Source: an uncultured delta proteobacterium (GTDB taxonomy: Bacteria; Myxococcota_A; UBA9160; SMWR01). Taken from it: 64,000 bases of DNA. Below, piece by piece: positions 21,186-30,733 of this stretch (the stretch's first letter is position 1; every line of letters begins with the position of its first letter). Made by a program: the position numbers and the translations under genes. The notes below the pieces were generated by a model. It made no database searches. It was not told where the DNA came from and saw only the letters and a program-made list of their open reading frames with translations. The stretch lies in the NCBI GenBank assembly GCA_963832165.1, contig CAWHTE010000007.1, positions 928,001-992,000 on the forward strand, written 5' to 3'.

Positions 21186-21827
21186 ATGAGTGAATCGGAG
21201 CGTCCGGGAAGCGCGTGCCACGAGGGCAGCGCCGGCGGGATCGATCAGCTCACCGAGGTGATGGGGGAAGCCGTTCGGGCGTTCGACAAGAACGCGATCG
21301 ATTACCTGTTGATCGGCGGCCAGGCCTCCGCTCTGCTCGGACGGCCGCGCTGCTCGAGCGACATCGATCTGTTCGTGACGCCCGAAGACGCACCCCCTGC
21401 GCTCGACGCGCTCGATCGCGCGGGCTTTCGCACCACGCGCGTCAACCCGCACTGGCTGTACAAGGCGTTCCGCCGCGACATCCTGGTGGATCTGTTGTTC
21501 AAGGTGCGCGGCGAGATCTATCTCGACCAGGAGATGCTGCGCCGGTCCACGGTGCACCGATTCCGCGGCACCACTCCGGTGCGCGTCGTTCCGCCCGAGG
21601 ACCTGATCGTGATGAAGGCGATCGTCCACGACGAGGAGACGCCGCGGCACTGGGGCGATGCGCTCGCGATCCTGCCGGTGACCGACCTGGATTGGGACTA
21701 TCTGCTGACTCGGTCGCAGCGCGCGCCGCGGCGCATGCTCTCCTTCCTCTGTTATGCGTCATCGGTCGATCTGCCCGTCCCGAGGGACGTGTTGCGTCGC
21801 CTCGGCCGTCAGGTGTTCGATGGGTGA
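21186..21827 (+). CDS. Nucleotidyltransferase family protein (Pol-beta-like; start uncertain)
   Basis: YLLIGGQASALLGRPRCSSDIDLFV, WLYKA, VDLLF, PPEDLIVMK. Confidence 0.82.
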   Translation: MSESERPGSACHEGSAGGIDQLTEVMGEAVRAFDKNAIDYLLIGGQASALLGRPRCSSDIDLFVTPEDAPPALDALDRAGFRTTRVNPHWLYKAFRRDILVDLLFKVRGEIYLDQEMLRRSTVHRFRGTTPVRVVPPEDLIVMKAIVHDEETPRHWGDALAILPVTDLDWDYLLTRSQRAPRRMLSFLCYASSVDLPVPRDVLRRLGRQVFDG

Positions 21828-22080
21828 CGACCGCGCAGCCGAACGGGCCCAGCTCGTCGCGAGAATTCGCGATGCGCTGGCCCGGGGTGAAGGCGAGTTG
21901 GGCCTCGATGTGACCGTCGACGATGACGGCGTGGTGACGCTGCGCGGCGTCGTGCAGTCGAACGAGCGCCGCTGGCGGATCGAAGCCCTCTCACGCCTGC
22001 TCTCGAGGGGGCTCCTGGTCGTGAACGAGATCACGGTCCTTCCACCCGAGTCACCGGATAGACCGGAGACGCTCCAGTGA
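21820..22080 (+). CDS. BON domain-containing protein
   Basis: VTVDDDGVVTLRGVV..VVNEITV; overlaps both neighbours. Confidence 0.78.
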   Translation: MGDDRAAERAQLVARIRDALARGEGELGLDVTVDDDGVVTLRGVVQSNERRWRIEALSRLLSRGLLVVNEITVLPPESPDRPETLQ

Positions 22081-22832
22081 TCCGCGTCGCCGCGGTCGGC
22101 GACCTCCACGTCGGAACCGATGCGTGCGCCCGCTGGCGCGACGCGCTGAAGCCCGTGTCGGACGACGCCGACGTGCTGCTGTTGGCCGGCGACCTGACCC
22201 GGATCGGCACCACCGAAGAGGGCGTAGCCGTCGCGACTGCACTCGAGCTCGTGTCGATTCCGATCTTCGCCGTGCTGGGCAATCACGACTATCACAGCGA
22301 CCGCGAGGCCGACATTCGCCGCCTCTTGTCGTCGCGCGGCGTGCGCGTACTGGAGGGCACCGCCGCAACCGTCCAGGTCGGGAGTGCGCGCATCGGCATC
22401 GCGGGCTCGAAGGGTTTCGGTGGCGGCTTCGCGAACGCATGCGGCAGCGATTTCGGCGAGCCCGAGATGAAGGCGTTCATCCGGCACACGGCCATGCTCG
22501 CGGGCCGGCTCCGGCGCGCGCTCGAGGAGCTCGACACGGATCTGCGCGTGGCGCTGCTGCACTACTCGCCGATTCCCGAGACGTTGCAGGGCGAGCACCT
22601 GCAGATCTACCCGTTCCTGGGCAGCTATCTGCTCGGTGAGGCCATCGACGCCGCGGGCGCCGATCTCGTCGTGCACGGCCATGCGCACTCGGGCAGCGAG
22701 AAGGGCGTCACGCCCGGCGGCATATGCGTGCGCAACGTCGCGCAGCCGGTGATCCACTCGGCCTATCGCGTGTATTGCTTCAACGAGCGCGGCGAGGTCA
22801 AGTGCGCCGAACCTGCGGCGAGGAGAGCCTAG
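22077..22832 (+). CDS. Calcineurin-like metallophosphoesterase
   Basis: GDLH, AGDLT, GNHD, LLHYSP, HGHAH motifs. Confidence 0.9.
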   Translation: MIRVAAVGDLHVGTDACARWRDALKPVSDDADVLLLAGDLTRIGTTEEGVAVATALELVSIPIFAVLGNHDYHSDREADIRRLLSSRGVRVLEGTAATVQVGSARIGIAGSKGFGGGFANACGSDFGEPEMKAFIRHTAMLAGRLRRALEELDTDLRVALLHYSPIPETLQGEHLQIYPFLGSYLLGEAIDAAGADLVVHGHAHSGSEKGVTPGGICVRNVAQPVIHSAYRVYCFNERGEVKCAEPAARRA

Positions 22833-22844
22833 GAGGAGGACCCA

Positions 22845-23912
22845 GTGCGCATCGCGCAGATCGCACCGCTGTACGAGAGTGTGCCCCCGCTCGGCTATGG
22901 GGGAACGGAGCGCGTGGTGTCGTACCTGACCGAGGCGCTTCAGGCAGGACGACACCAGGTGACGCTGTTTGCGAGCGGAGATGCGCGCACGAGCGCACAG
23001 CTCTGTGCGGGCGCGCCGCGTGCGCTGCGGCTCGATCCGCAGCGCGGCGACCCCGTGGCGCTCCACCTGTTGATGATCGAACGGGCGTTCGAGCGCGCGA
23101 GCGAGTTCGATGTGATCCACGCGCACCTCGACTACCTGACCTTCCCGGTGGCGCGGCGCTGTGAGGTGCCCGTCGTCACGACGCTGCACGGACGCCTCGA
23201 TCTTCCGTGGATCGCGCCCGTGTACCGGGAGTTCACCGAGCAGCGGCTCGTGTCGATCTCCAGAGCGCAGCGCGCGCAGCTGCCCGAAGGCAACTGGGTC
23301 GGGACCGTCCACCACGGCCTGCCGCACGATCTCTATCGCTTCCACCCCGACGCGGGCCGCTACATGGCGTTCGTGGGCAGGATCTCCGTGGAGAAGCGAG
23401 TGGACCGTGCGGTGGAGGTCGCTGCCCGTTCGGGCGTTCCGCTGCGGATCGCGGCGAAGGTCGATCCGAGCGACGAGGAGTACTTCCGCGCCCACGTCGA
23501 GCCGCTGCTCGATCATCCGCTCGTGGAATACGTGGGCGAGCTCGGCGACGCCGACAAGGACGACTTCATCGGCAACGCCGCGGCGCTCTTGTTCCCGATC
23601 GACTGGCCCGAGCCGTTCGGTCTCGCAATGATCGAGGCGCTCGCCTGCGGAACGCCCGTGATCGCCTGGCCGCACGGCGCCGTGCCCGAAATCATCGAGG
23701 ACGGCGTGTCGGGGCGGATCGTCGACAGCGTGGAGTCGGCCGCGCGCGCGATTGCAGAGATCGACCAGATCGATCGGCGCCGATGCCGCGCCGAGTTCGA
23801 GCTGCGTTTCACGGCCGAGCGCATGGCGCGCGACTACGTGAAGCTCTATACGAAGGTGATCTCCGGTTGCGGCCCGAGAGGCCGCGAAGCCGACGCACAA
23901 TGCATCGCGTAG
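22845..23912 (+). CDS. Glycosyltransferase family 4 protein
   Basis: MRIAQIAP..PP..YGGTERVV; WPEPFGLAMIEALACGTPV. Confidence 0.92.
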   Translation: MRIAQIAPLYESVPPLGYGGTERVVSYLTEALQAGRHQVTLFASGDARTSAQLCAGAPRALRLDPQRGDPVALHLLMIERAFERASEFDVIHAHLDYLTFPVARRCEVPVVTTLHGRLDLPWIAPVYREFTEQRLVSISRAQRAQLPEGNWVGTVHHGLPHDLYRFHPDAGRYMAFVGRISVEKRVDRAVEVAARSGVPLRIAAKVDPSDEEYFRAHVEPLLDHPLVEYVGELGDADKDDFIGNAAALLFPIDWPEPFGLAMIEALACGTPVIAWPHGAVPEIIEDGVSGRIVDSVESAARAIAEIDQIDRRRCRAEFELRFTAERMARDYVKLYTKVISGCGPRGREADAQCIA

Positions 23913-26062
23913 ATCCTTCCGGTCAGGCGTACGAGATCGTCTCTCCGCCCGCACCGATCGGCGACGACCGTACCCTCGTGCTCGCGAGTGGGGATACGTT
24001 CGCGATCTTCGATCGCCACGGAGAGATGCACCCTGCGCCCGCATCGCGCCACGGCCTCTACTCGGGTGGGACGCGCTTTCTCTCGGGCCTCTGGGTGCAC
24101 ATCGCGGGGTTCCGGCCGCTCCTGCTCTCGTCGGGCGTGCGCCATCGCGAAGGCGGCGCGTTCGTGCACGAGACGAATCCAGGCGTGCAGGGCGAGGACC
24201 TGCAGCTCGCGCGCGACCAGGTCCACGTCATACGCCGCATGCGTCTCGAGGACGGGCTGTGCGAGATCGAGCTGTCGTTGCGCAGCTACGCGAGCTCCGC
24301 GATCCGCATTCCGATCCGCATCGGGTTCACCTGCGACCACGCCGACGTGTTCGAGGTGCGCGGCGCACGCCGCGAGCAGCGCGGACGGCCGATCACGCCC
24401 GAGATCTCGAAGGGCGCGGTGTCGCTCGGCTACCTGGGTCTAGATGGTGTGGTTCGCACGACGCAGCTCGACTTCGATCCGGCGCCGGCGCGCGTGAGTG
24501 CGGGATCGGCCGAGTGGATCGCGTCGCTCGCTCCCGGAGAGCGCATGAAGATCGGGATTCGGATCGCGTGCGCGCTGCGCGAGGGAGAGAAATTCCGCGC
24601 GCCCGGCCGTTATGCCATCCGCAACGGCGGAACGCCGCGAGACGGCCTGGAGGTTCGTCTCTCGACCTCGAGCCCCGCGATGAACGCGTGGATCCGCCGC
24701 TCGGCGGGCGATCTCGCGATGCTGACCGCCGCGACCGCGCATGGACCGATGCCCTACGCGGGGATCCCGTGGTTCTGCACTCCGTTCGGTCGCGATTCGC
24801 TGATCGTCGCCCTGGAGACACTCTGGATCGAACCGGAGCTCACGCGCGGCGTGCTGCGCTTCCTCGCGGCACATCAAGCCGATGCGGACGACCCCGAGCG
24901 CGACGCCGAACCGGGAAAGATCATCCACGAGATGCGCAGCGGAGAGATGGCGGCGCTGCGCGAGATTCCGTTCGAACGCTACTACGGCAGCGTCGATGCG
25001 ACGCCGCTGTTTGCGATGGTGGCCGCCGCATATTTCGAGCGCACGGGCGATCTCGCGCTGCTTCGCGAGCTGTGGCCTCACCTCGAACGCGCGCTCGCGT
25101 GGATCGACGGCCCGGGCGATCCGGACGGCGATGGCTTCGTCGAGTATCAGCGCCGATCGACTCGCGGGCTCACGAACCAGGGATGGAAGGATTCGTGGGA
25201 TTCGATCATGCACGCGGACGGGAGCCTCGCTGAAGGGCCGATCGCGCTCTGTGAGGTGCAGGCCTATGTGTACGGGGCGCGCTCCGGGCTCGCGCGCGCG
25301 GCGAGCCACCTGGGCCACCACGAGCGGGCCGCGCAGCTCGCGAGTGCCGCCGAGAGGATGCGCAGCGCGTTCGCGGATGCGTTCTGGTGCGAAGAGCTCG
25401 ACACCTATGCGATCGCGCTCGACGGCGACAAGCGCATCTGCCGCGTGCGGAGCTCGAACGCGGGTCACGTGCTGCTCACGGGGCTCGCGCGACCCGAGCA
25501 CGCCGAAGCCGTCGGCCGCACGCTGTTGTCGCCGGAACTCTTCTCGGGTTGGGGCGTGCGCACGCTCGCGACCTCGGCCCCGCGCTACAACCCGATGTCG
25601 TATCACGACGGCTCGGTGTGGCCGCACGACAACGCGCTGATCGCGGCGGGCCTCGCGCGTTACGGAGACACCCGCGCGGCGGCCACGATCGCGAGCGCGC
25701 TGTTCGACGCATGCCGCGCGCTCGAGGACGATCGCCTGCCCGAGCTCTTGTGCGGCTTCGATCGCCACCTCGGAGAGCCGCCGACTCTCTACCCGACGGC
25801 CTGCTCGCCGCAGGCGTGGGCGTCGGGCGCGGTGTTCCTGCTGCTCCAGGCCCTGCTCGGGCTGGCGATCGACGCCGAGGCGGGCACGATCGAGTTCGCG
25901 CAGCCCGCGCTGCCCGCGGAGGTCGATGCGATCTCGATCCGCGGCCTCGAAATCGGCAGCGGCTCGGTCGACCTCTCGCTCACGCGAAGTGGCGATGCGC
26001 TCGACCTGCGAGTGCTCCGGCCGTGCGAGGGGATCGACGTGCGGGTCAGCCGGACGCGCTGA
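23900..26062 (+). CDS. Amylo-alpha-1,6-glucosidase / glycogen-debranching-like glycoside hydrolase
   Basis: YAGIPWFCTPFGRDS, EPGKIIHEMR, YYGSVDATPLF, NQGWKDS, YHDGSVWPHDN, ACSPQAW. Confidence 0.9.
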   Translation: MHRVDPSGQAYEIVSPPAPIGDDRTLVLASGDTFAIFDRHGEMHPAPASRHGLYSGGTRFLSGLWVHIAGFRPLLLSSGVRHREGGAFVHETNPGVQGEDLQLARDQVHVIRRMRLEDGLCEIELSLRSYASSAIRIPIRIGFTCDHADVFEVRGARREQRGRPITPEISKGAVSLGYLGLDGVVRTTQLDFDPAPARVSAGSAEWIASLAPGERMKIGIRIACALREGEKFRAPGRYAIRNGGTPRDGLEVRLSTSSPAMNAWIRRSAGDLAMLTAATAHGPMPYAGIPWFCTPFGRDSLIVALETLWIEPELTRGVLRFLAAHQADADDPERDAEPGKIIHEMRSGEMAALREIPFERYYGSVDATPLFAMVAAAYFERTGDLALLRELWPHLERALAWIDGPGDPDGDGFVEYQRRSTRGLTNQGWKDSWDSIMHADGSLAEGPIALCEVQAYVYGARSGLARAASHLGHHERAAQLASAAERMRSAFADAFWCEELDTYAIALDGDKRICRVRSSNAGHVLLTGLARPEHAEAVGRTLLSPELFSGWGVRTLATSAPRYNPMSYHDGSVWPHDNALIAAGLARYGDTRAAATIASALFDACRALEDDRLPELLCGFDRHLGEPPTLYPTACSPQAWASGAVFLLLQALLGLAIDAEAGTIEFAQPALPAEVDAISIRGLEIGSGSVDLSLTRSGDALDLRVLRPCEGIDVRVSRTR

Positions 26063-26369
26063 ATCTCTTCTGGTCCGCCGAGTCCGCGGCCGCTTCGGCG
26101 ATGGCTCGCGCCCTGCGACACCGGACAGGCTCGACAGGCGCCGTCTTTCGGTACATGCGCTGGCTCCTGCTCCGTAGGGTCGTATGGGCGCGGCGTCGGC
26201 CGCGAACTCGGCGGTGCCGTGCACCAGTGCAAGCGAAGTGCCAGCGACTCGAGACGCAATCCGGCTCGCGCGGGCGATGCGGGACACCGCGCGGCGAGGT
26301 CAGTGGTGCGCAATTTCTACATTGCGATGCGCGCGCCGATTCAGTTCGGCGTCGACCGAGGCGCGATCG

Positions 26370-26385
26370 CGGCACATCACTTGCA
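26370..26385 (+). promoter_or_regulatory. Sigma54 (-24/-12) promoter
   Basis: CGGCACATCACTTGCA = GG-N10-GC, 43 bp upstream of ATG 26429. Confidence 0.68.
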
Positions 26386-26428
26386 ACCCTCGCAGCCAGT
26401 AATGCGAGAAGACAAGGGAGAACGAATC

Positions 26429-26941
26429 ATGGCAGGCAAGGCAGTCGTGGGCATCGTGAAGAGCGAGCTCGAGGCCGCGCAGATCTTCGAGGACCTCCAG
26501 GAAGCGGAATTCGAAAATGCCGACATTTCGATCCTGATCCCGGAAGGGAACGGAGTCGGTCACGAGAAGGCGACCAAGATGCCGGAAGGCGCCGCTGCCG
26601 GAGCGGCCGCAGGAGGCGTGCTAGGTGGAACGCTGGGACTGTTGGTGGGCGTCGGCTCGCTCGCGATACCGGGTCTCGGCGCATTCATCGCCGCCGGACC
26701 GATCATGGCGGCGCTCGGCGGTGCTGCCGCGGGCGCGACGGCAGGTGGATTGACCGGAGCTCTGGTCGGGCTCGGAATTCCCGAGTACGAGGCGAAGCAG
26801 TACGAGTCGAGAATGATGGAAGGCAACCTGCTGATCTCGGTGCACACCGACTATGACGATCAGCGCGCGATCGCGCGCGAGATCTTCGAGCGCAATGGAG
26901 CCCAGGCCATAGCGACTTCGAGCCTGAGCACTCCGCGTTAG
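26429..26941 (+). CDS. General stress protein-like membrane protein (glycine-zipper hairpin)
   Basis: EGAAAGAAAGGVLGG..IPGLGAFIAAGP..GALVGLGIPEYEAKQYE; SD AAGGGAG. Confidence 0.85.
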   Translation: MAGKAVVGIVKSELEAAQIFEDLQEAEFENADISILIPEGNGVGHEKATKMPEGAAAGAAAGGVLGGTLGLLVGVGSLAIPGLGAFIAAGPIMAALGGAAAGATAGGLTGALVGLGIPEYEAKQYESRMMEGNLLISVHTDYDDQRAIAREIFERNGAQAIATSSLSTPR

Positions 26942-27582
26942 GCGGCGAGTCGCTGCTGGTGCTCCCCGAGCACCTTCTGCCAGGCAGGACGCGACTCGCA
27001 ACGCGCGAGATAGGCGGCGACCTTGGGCACGGCGTCGAGGAGATCGGTCTGCTGCAGCATGCGCAGCACGGTCGCCATCAGGATGTCGGGCGCGCTGAAT
27101 TCGGGACCGGCGACGTAGGGATGGAGCGCGAAGCGGGCTTCGAGCGTCGCGAGGCGCTTCTTCACCTGCTCGACGACGGCGGGTCGGCGCTGCCGTGACC
27201 ACGGCTGCTCCGCGAAGAACGCGTCCATGACGAACAGCTCCGCGACCGCAGGCTCGACCGTGTTGACGGCGGCGAATGCCCACTGTGTGGCGAGGGCGCG
27301 TCCCTCGCGCGTCTGCGGCAGCAGGTGGCCCGCCTTCTCGGCGACGTAGAGGACGATCGCGGCCGACTCGAAGAGTGTGAATCCGTCGTCGTCGATCGAG
27401 GGAATCTGACCGAACGGGTGGATCCGCGTGTAGTCGGGCTGCTTGAGCTCGCCGCGCTCGTAGTCCAGGCGCTGCAGCCGGTAGGGGAGTCCCGACTCCT
27501 CGAGTGCCCAGAGCGCGCGCAGGTCGCGCGTGACGTTGCGGACCGGAATGGGTGCGTTGCCGAACACGTAGACGGTGATCAT
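26938..27582 (-). CDS. Glutathione S-transferase family protein
   Basis: HPFGQIP, LFESAAI, FSAPDI; SD GGAGG. Confidence 0.9.
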   Translation of the reverse strand: MITVYVFGNAPIPVRNVTRDLRALWALEESGLPYRLQRLDYERGELKQPDYTRIHPFGQIPSIDDDGFTLFESAAIVLYVAEKAGHLLPQTREGRALATQWAFAAVNTVEPAVAELFVMDAFFAEQPWSRQRRPAVVEQVKKRLATLEARFALHPYVAGPEFSAPDILMATVLRMLQQTDLLDAVPKVAAYLARCESRPAWQKVLGEHQQRLAA

Positions 27583-27623
27583 GGCTGCTCCTCCGTATTT
27601 GTCTGAGCGAATTCCGCTCTGAC

Positions 27624-27650
27624 GACGAACGAGCGAACCCGAGATCGACA
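27624..27650 (-). promoter_or_regulatory. ECF sigma promoter (ECF42-type TGTCGA-N17-CGTC) upstream of GST
   Basis: Minus strand TGTCGA-TCTCGGGTTCGCTCGTT-CGTC. Confidence 0.5.
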
Positions 27651-27702
27651 GTCCCCACGGGAGAAACGCCAGAAAGAAACGAACGAGGATGCGCGGCTGG
27701 GC

Positions 27703-28629
27703 TCAGTGCTGGTGCCCGACGCGTACCTCGATGTCCGGGTGCGCGACCGCGAACGCGCGCAATTTGTGGAAGCTCGCCGCGCTCTGCTCGGGATCGGCGG
27801 AGTAGGTGCCCGGTTCGACGTCGTTGTCCCAGCCCCAGCGCGTGTGCGATGCGTCGCCCGTGAGCAGCACGGGGCCGCGCGCGGTCCTCACGAGATAGGC
27901 GGTGCTTCCGGGTGTGTGGCCCGGCACCCAGAGGGCCCACACGGTGCCGTCGCCGAATACGTCGACGACGCCGTCGAAGCGCCCGGCCGTGTCGGGAGTG
28001 AAATTCCACTCGCCCAGTGGCCCGTGTCCGTCGAGCAGCCGTTCGATGTTCGGGCGCAGGACCGGGTTCAGCATCGACTTCGGTGTCGTCTCGCCGGGCC
28101 CCGCGAAGATCGGCGTCGTCGGGGGGACGTCCGGCATGCCCATCACGTGATCGAGGTGGAGATGGGTCACGAACACGCCCGCGAGCGGACCACTCCGCGC
28201 GAGGAACGTCGCGAGATCGGTGCGCACGACGAGCTTCTCCTCGATCTCCATGTAGCTGGCGACGAGGCCGCGCACGGCGGCGCGGTCGGGATCGTGGACG
28301 GCGCGCTCGACACCCGTGTCGACGATGTACATGCCGCGCGTGGGATGCCGGATCACGTGGAACGGCACGACGATGGGCTCCGGCCGATCCGAGAGACCCG
28401 CCGCTCTTGCGTTGGGATGATCGAGATTCAACAGACCGGACAGCGGCACCGACCAATCGGCCGAATCGATGCTCTCGAGCTCGATCGGTCCCGGCCGATC
28501 GAGCACTGCGAGCAGGTCGTCGGAGGACCTCGCGACTCCGAGCGCGCTCGGGGTGGTCGCGTGGTGAGAGTAGGCGCAGCCGACGAGCAGCAGGACGAAC
28601 GCGACCGCGATCGGAGCCTTCATCCTCAT
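27703..28629 (-). CDS. MBL-fold metallo-hydrolase, lipoprotein (AHL-lactonase-like)
   Basis: Lipobox LVGC; THLHLDH; DVFGDG; PGHTPGS; LLTGDA. Confidence 0.85.
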   Translation of the reverse strand: MRMKAPIAVAFVLLLVGCAYSHHATTPSALGVARSSDDLLAVLDRPGPIELESIDSADWSVPLSGLLNLDHPNARAAGLSDRPEPIVVPFHVIRHPTRGMYIVDTGVERAVHDPDRAAVRGLVASYMEIEEKLVVRTDLATFLARSGPLAGVFVTHLHLDHVMGMPDVPPTTPIFAGPGETTPKSMLNPVLRPNIERLLDGHGPLGEWNFTPDTAGRFDGVVDVFGDGTVWALWVPGHTPGSTAYLVRTARGPVLLTGDASHTRWGWDNDVEPGTYSADPEQSAASFHKLRAFAVAHPDIEVRVGHQH

Positions 28630-28733
28630 CACGATGAGGGAGCGCGGCACCGACCGTCAAGGTGTAACTCCTCGCCTCTCGCCTATTCTCTGGCCCCATT
28701 GCACCGACCCCATCTCTCACTGGAGAACCCACA

Positions 28734-29537
28734 GTGGCCGAGCCCGCCGTCATCGTCGAGAAGGACGGACACGTCCTCACCGTCACGCTGAACCGCCCCG
28801 AGAAGCGCAACGCGATCAACTGCGAGTCGATGTGCCGGCTCTACGACGCCTGGAAGGAGCTCGACCAGGACGACGAGCTGCGCGTCGCGATCCTCACCGG
28901 CAAGGGCACCACGTTCTGCGCCGGCATGGATCTCTCGGAGATCGCCAAGATGAGCTCGGGCAAGCCCGAGAACGAGTGGATCGAGCGCGCGCTGAAGGAG
29001 CCCGGACTGATCTATGGCGCGTGGCTCAAGACCTATCGGCCGACCAAGCCCGTGATCCTCGCCGTCGAAGGCTTCGCGCGCGCGGGCGGCACGGAGATCC
29101 TCCAGGGCACCGACATCCGCGTCGCGGGCGAGAGCGCCGTGTTCGGCGTGACGGAGGTGCAGCGCAGCCTCTTCCCGATGGCGGGATCGACGGTGCGGCT
29201 GCGCCGACAGATCGGCTATGCGGTGGCGGCCGAGATGCTGATCTGCGGCGAGGACCTGCCCGCGAAGCGCGCGTACGAGCTCGGGCTGATCAACCACGTC
29301 GTGCCCGACGGGCAAGCGCTCGCGAAGGCCAGGGAGATCGCGGGGCGCATCGCGAAGAACGGGCCGCTGGCCGTCAAGGCGATCGTCGCGACGCTGCGCC
29401 AGACGGAGACGCTTCCGGAGGAGGAGGCGTTCACGATCGAGCAGAAGCACGGCATGGTCGTGATGGCTTCGGAGGACGCGAAGGAGGGACCGCGCGCCTT
29501 CCTCGAGAAACGCGCCCCCGTGTTCCGCGGGCGGTAG
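28734..29537 (+). CDS. Enoyl-CoA hydratase/crotonase, EchA19-like
   Basis: FCAGMDL, AGGTEILQGTDIRVAGESAVFG, EGPRAFLEKRAP. Confidence 0.88.
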   Translation: MAEPAVIVEKDGHVLTVTLNRPEKRNAINCESMCRLYDAWKELDQDDELRVAILTGKGTTFCAGMDLSEIAKMSSGKPENEWIERALKEPGLIYGAWLKTYRPTKPVILAVEGFARAGGTEILQGTDIRVAGESAVFGVTEVQRSLFPMAGSTVRLRRQIGYAVAAEMLICGEDLPAKRAYELGLINHVVPDGQALAKAREIAGRIAKNGPLAVKAIVATLRQTETLPEEEAFTIEQKHGMVVMASEDAKEGPRAFLEKRAPVFRGR

Positions 29538-29549
29538 CGGCCGGATCTG

Positions 29550-30710
29550 TCAGGCGCGGAAGCGGCGGAAGAAGGCGCGGATGTCCTCGAGCAGGAGCTG
29601 TGGCTGCTCCAGGGCCGCGAAGTGGCCGCCGCGCGGCATGTCGGTCCAGTGCACGACGTTGAACGCGGCTTCGCACCAGCTGCGCGGTGACGGCAGAACC
29701 TCCTTCGGGAAGCACGCGTGTCCGACGGGCGTCTCGAGGCGCGGCTGCGGCAACACGCTTCCCGCGCGCATGGCCTCGTAGTAGAACCGTGCCGATGACG
29801 CACCCGTGTTGGTGATCCAGTAGATCATCACGTTCGTGAGCAGGACATCGCGCGAGATCGCGTTCTCGATCACGCCGTCGCAGTCGGTCCAGGTGCGGAA
29901 CTTCTCGGCGATCCAGCCGAGCTGTGCCACGGGCGAGTCCGCGAGGCCGAGCCCGAGGGTCTCGGGCTTCGTCGACTGGATGCCCACGTAGCCCGACTCG
30001 CCGGCCGAGTACGCCTGGAAGCGCTTCCACTTCTCGCGCTCCGAAGCCGGAAGCTCGTCGAGCTTCGCGATCGCATCCGGCGTCGGCGGCATCGCGAACA
30101 GGAGGTTCAGGTGGATCGCGAAGCAGTGAGCCGGGTCTTCTCGAGCGAGCCAGTTGCTGACGAACCAGCCCCAGTCTCCGCCCTGGGCGCCGTAGCGCTC
30201 ATAGCCGAGCCGGGACATCAGCGTTGCCCAGGCGCGGGCGGTGCGACGGGGCTCCCAGCCCTTCGCGTTGTTAGGCTGGGAGAATCCGTAGCCCGGCAGC
30301 GACGGGACGACGACGTGGAAGGCGTCCTTGGGATCACCGCCGTGGGCCGCGGGATCCGTGAGAGGACCGATCAGATCGACGAACTCCACGACGCCGCCCG
30401 GCCAGCCGTGCGTGAGGATCAGCGGAGTCGCATCGCGCACCGCAGAGCGCACGTGATAGAAGTGGATGTCGTGCCCGTCGATCTCTGTGCGGTACTGCGG
30501 CCAGGCGTTGAGGCGCGCTTCGTGCTTGCGCCAGTCGTACTCTTCGAGCCAGTAGCGGACCAGATCGCGCAGGTAGGCCTGCTCGATGCCGTACGCCCAG
30601 GTGGAGTCGTCGAGGGCGGCGGGCCATCGCGTGTTGCGCAGGCGTGCGTGGAGATCGTCCAGCACCTCGTCGTCGACGTGGATCTCGAAGGATTCGATGG
30701 ATTTGCTCAT
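29550..30710 (-). CDS. Epoxide hydrolase (EHN N-terminal domain)
   Basis: HGWPG, PSLPGYGFS, AQGGDWG, GGHFAALEQP. Confidence 0.92.
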   Translation of the reverse strand: MSKSIESFEIHVDDEVLDDLHARLRNTRWPAALDDSTWAYGIEQAYLRDLVRYWLEEYDWRKHEARLNAWPQYRTEIDGHDIHFYHVRSAVRDATPLILTHGWPGGVVEFVDLIGPLTDPAAHGGDPKDAFHVVVPSLPGYGFSQPNNAKGWEPRRTARAWATLMSRLGYERYGAQGGDWGWFVSNWLAREDPAHCFAIHLNLLFAMPPTPDAIAKLDELPASEREKWKRFQAYSAGESGYVGIQSTKPETLGLGLADSPVAQLGWIAEKFRTWTDCDGVIENAISRDVLLTNVMIYWITNTGASSARFYYEAMRAGSVLPQPRLETPVGHACFPKEVLPSPRSWCEAAFNVVHWTDMPRGGHFAALEQPQLLLEDIRAFFRRFRA

Positions 30711-30733
30711 CGGGTTGTGATTTCCTGACGCCC

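Noticed and set aside
21186..22832. NTase locus as CBASS or a toxin-antitoxin defence system
   Set aside because: The NTase is minimal and lacks CD-NTase size and features; no effector, HEPN or Cap genes; context is stress/carbohydrate.
21759..24044. Many long alternative-frame and antisense ORFs (e.g. 21759..24044 -, 26621..28819 -, 6431..8470 -, 14479..16443 +)
   Set aside because: Arg/Ala/Pro-rich shadows of real genes in high-GC DNA; no family motifs.
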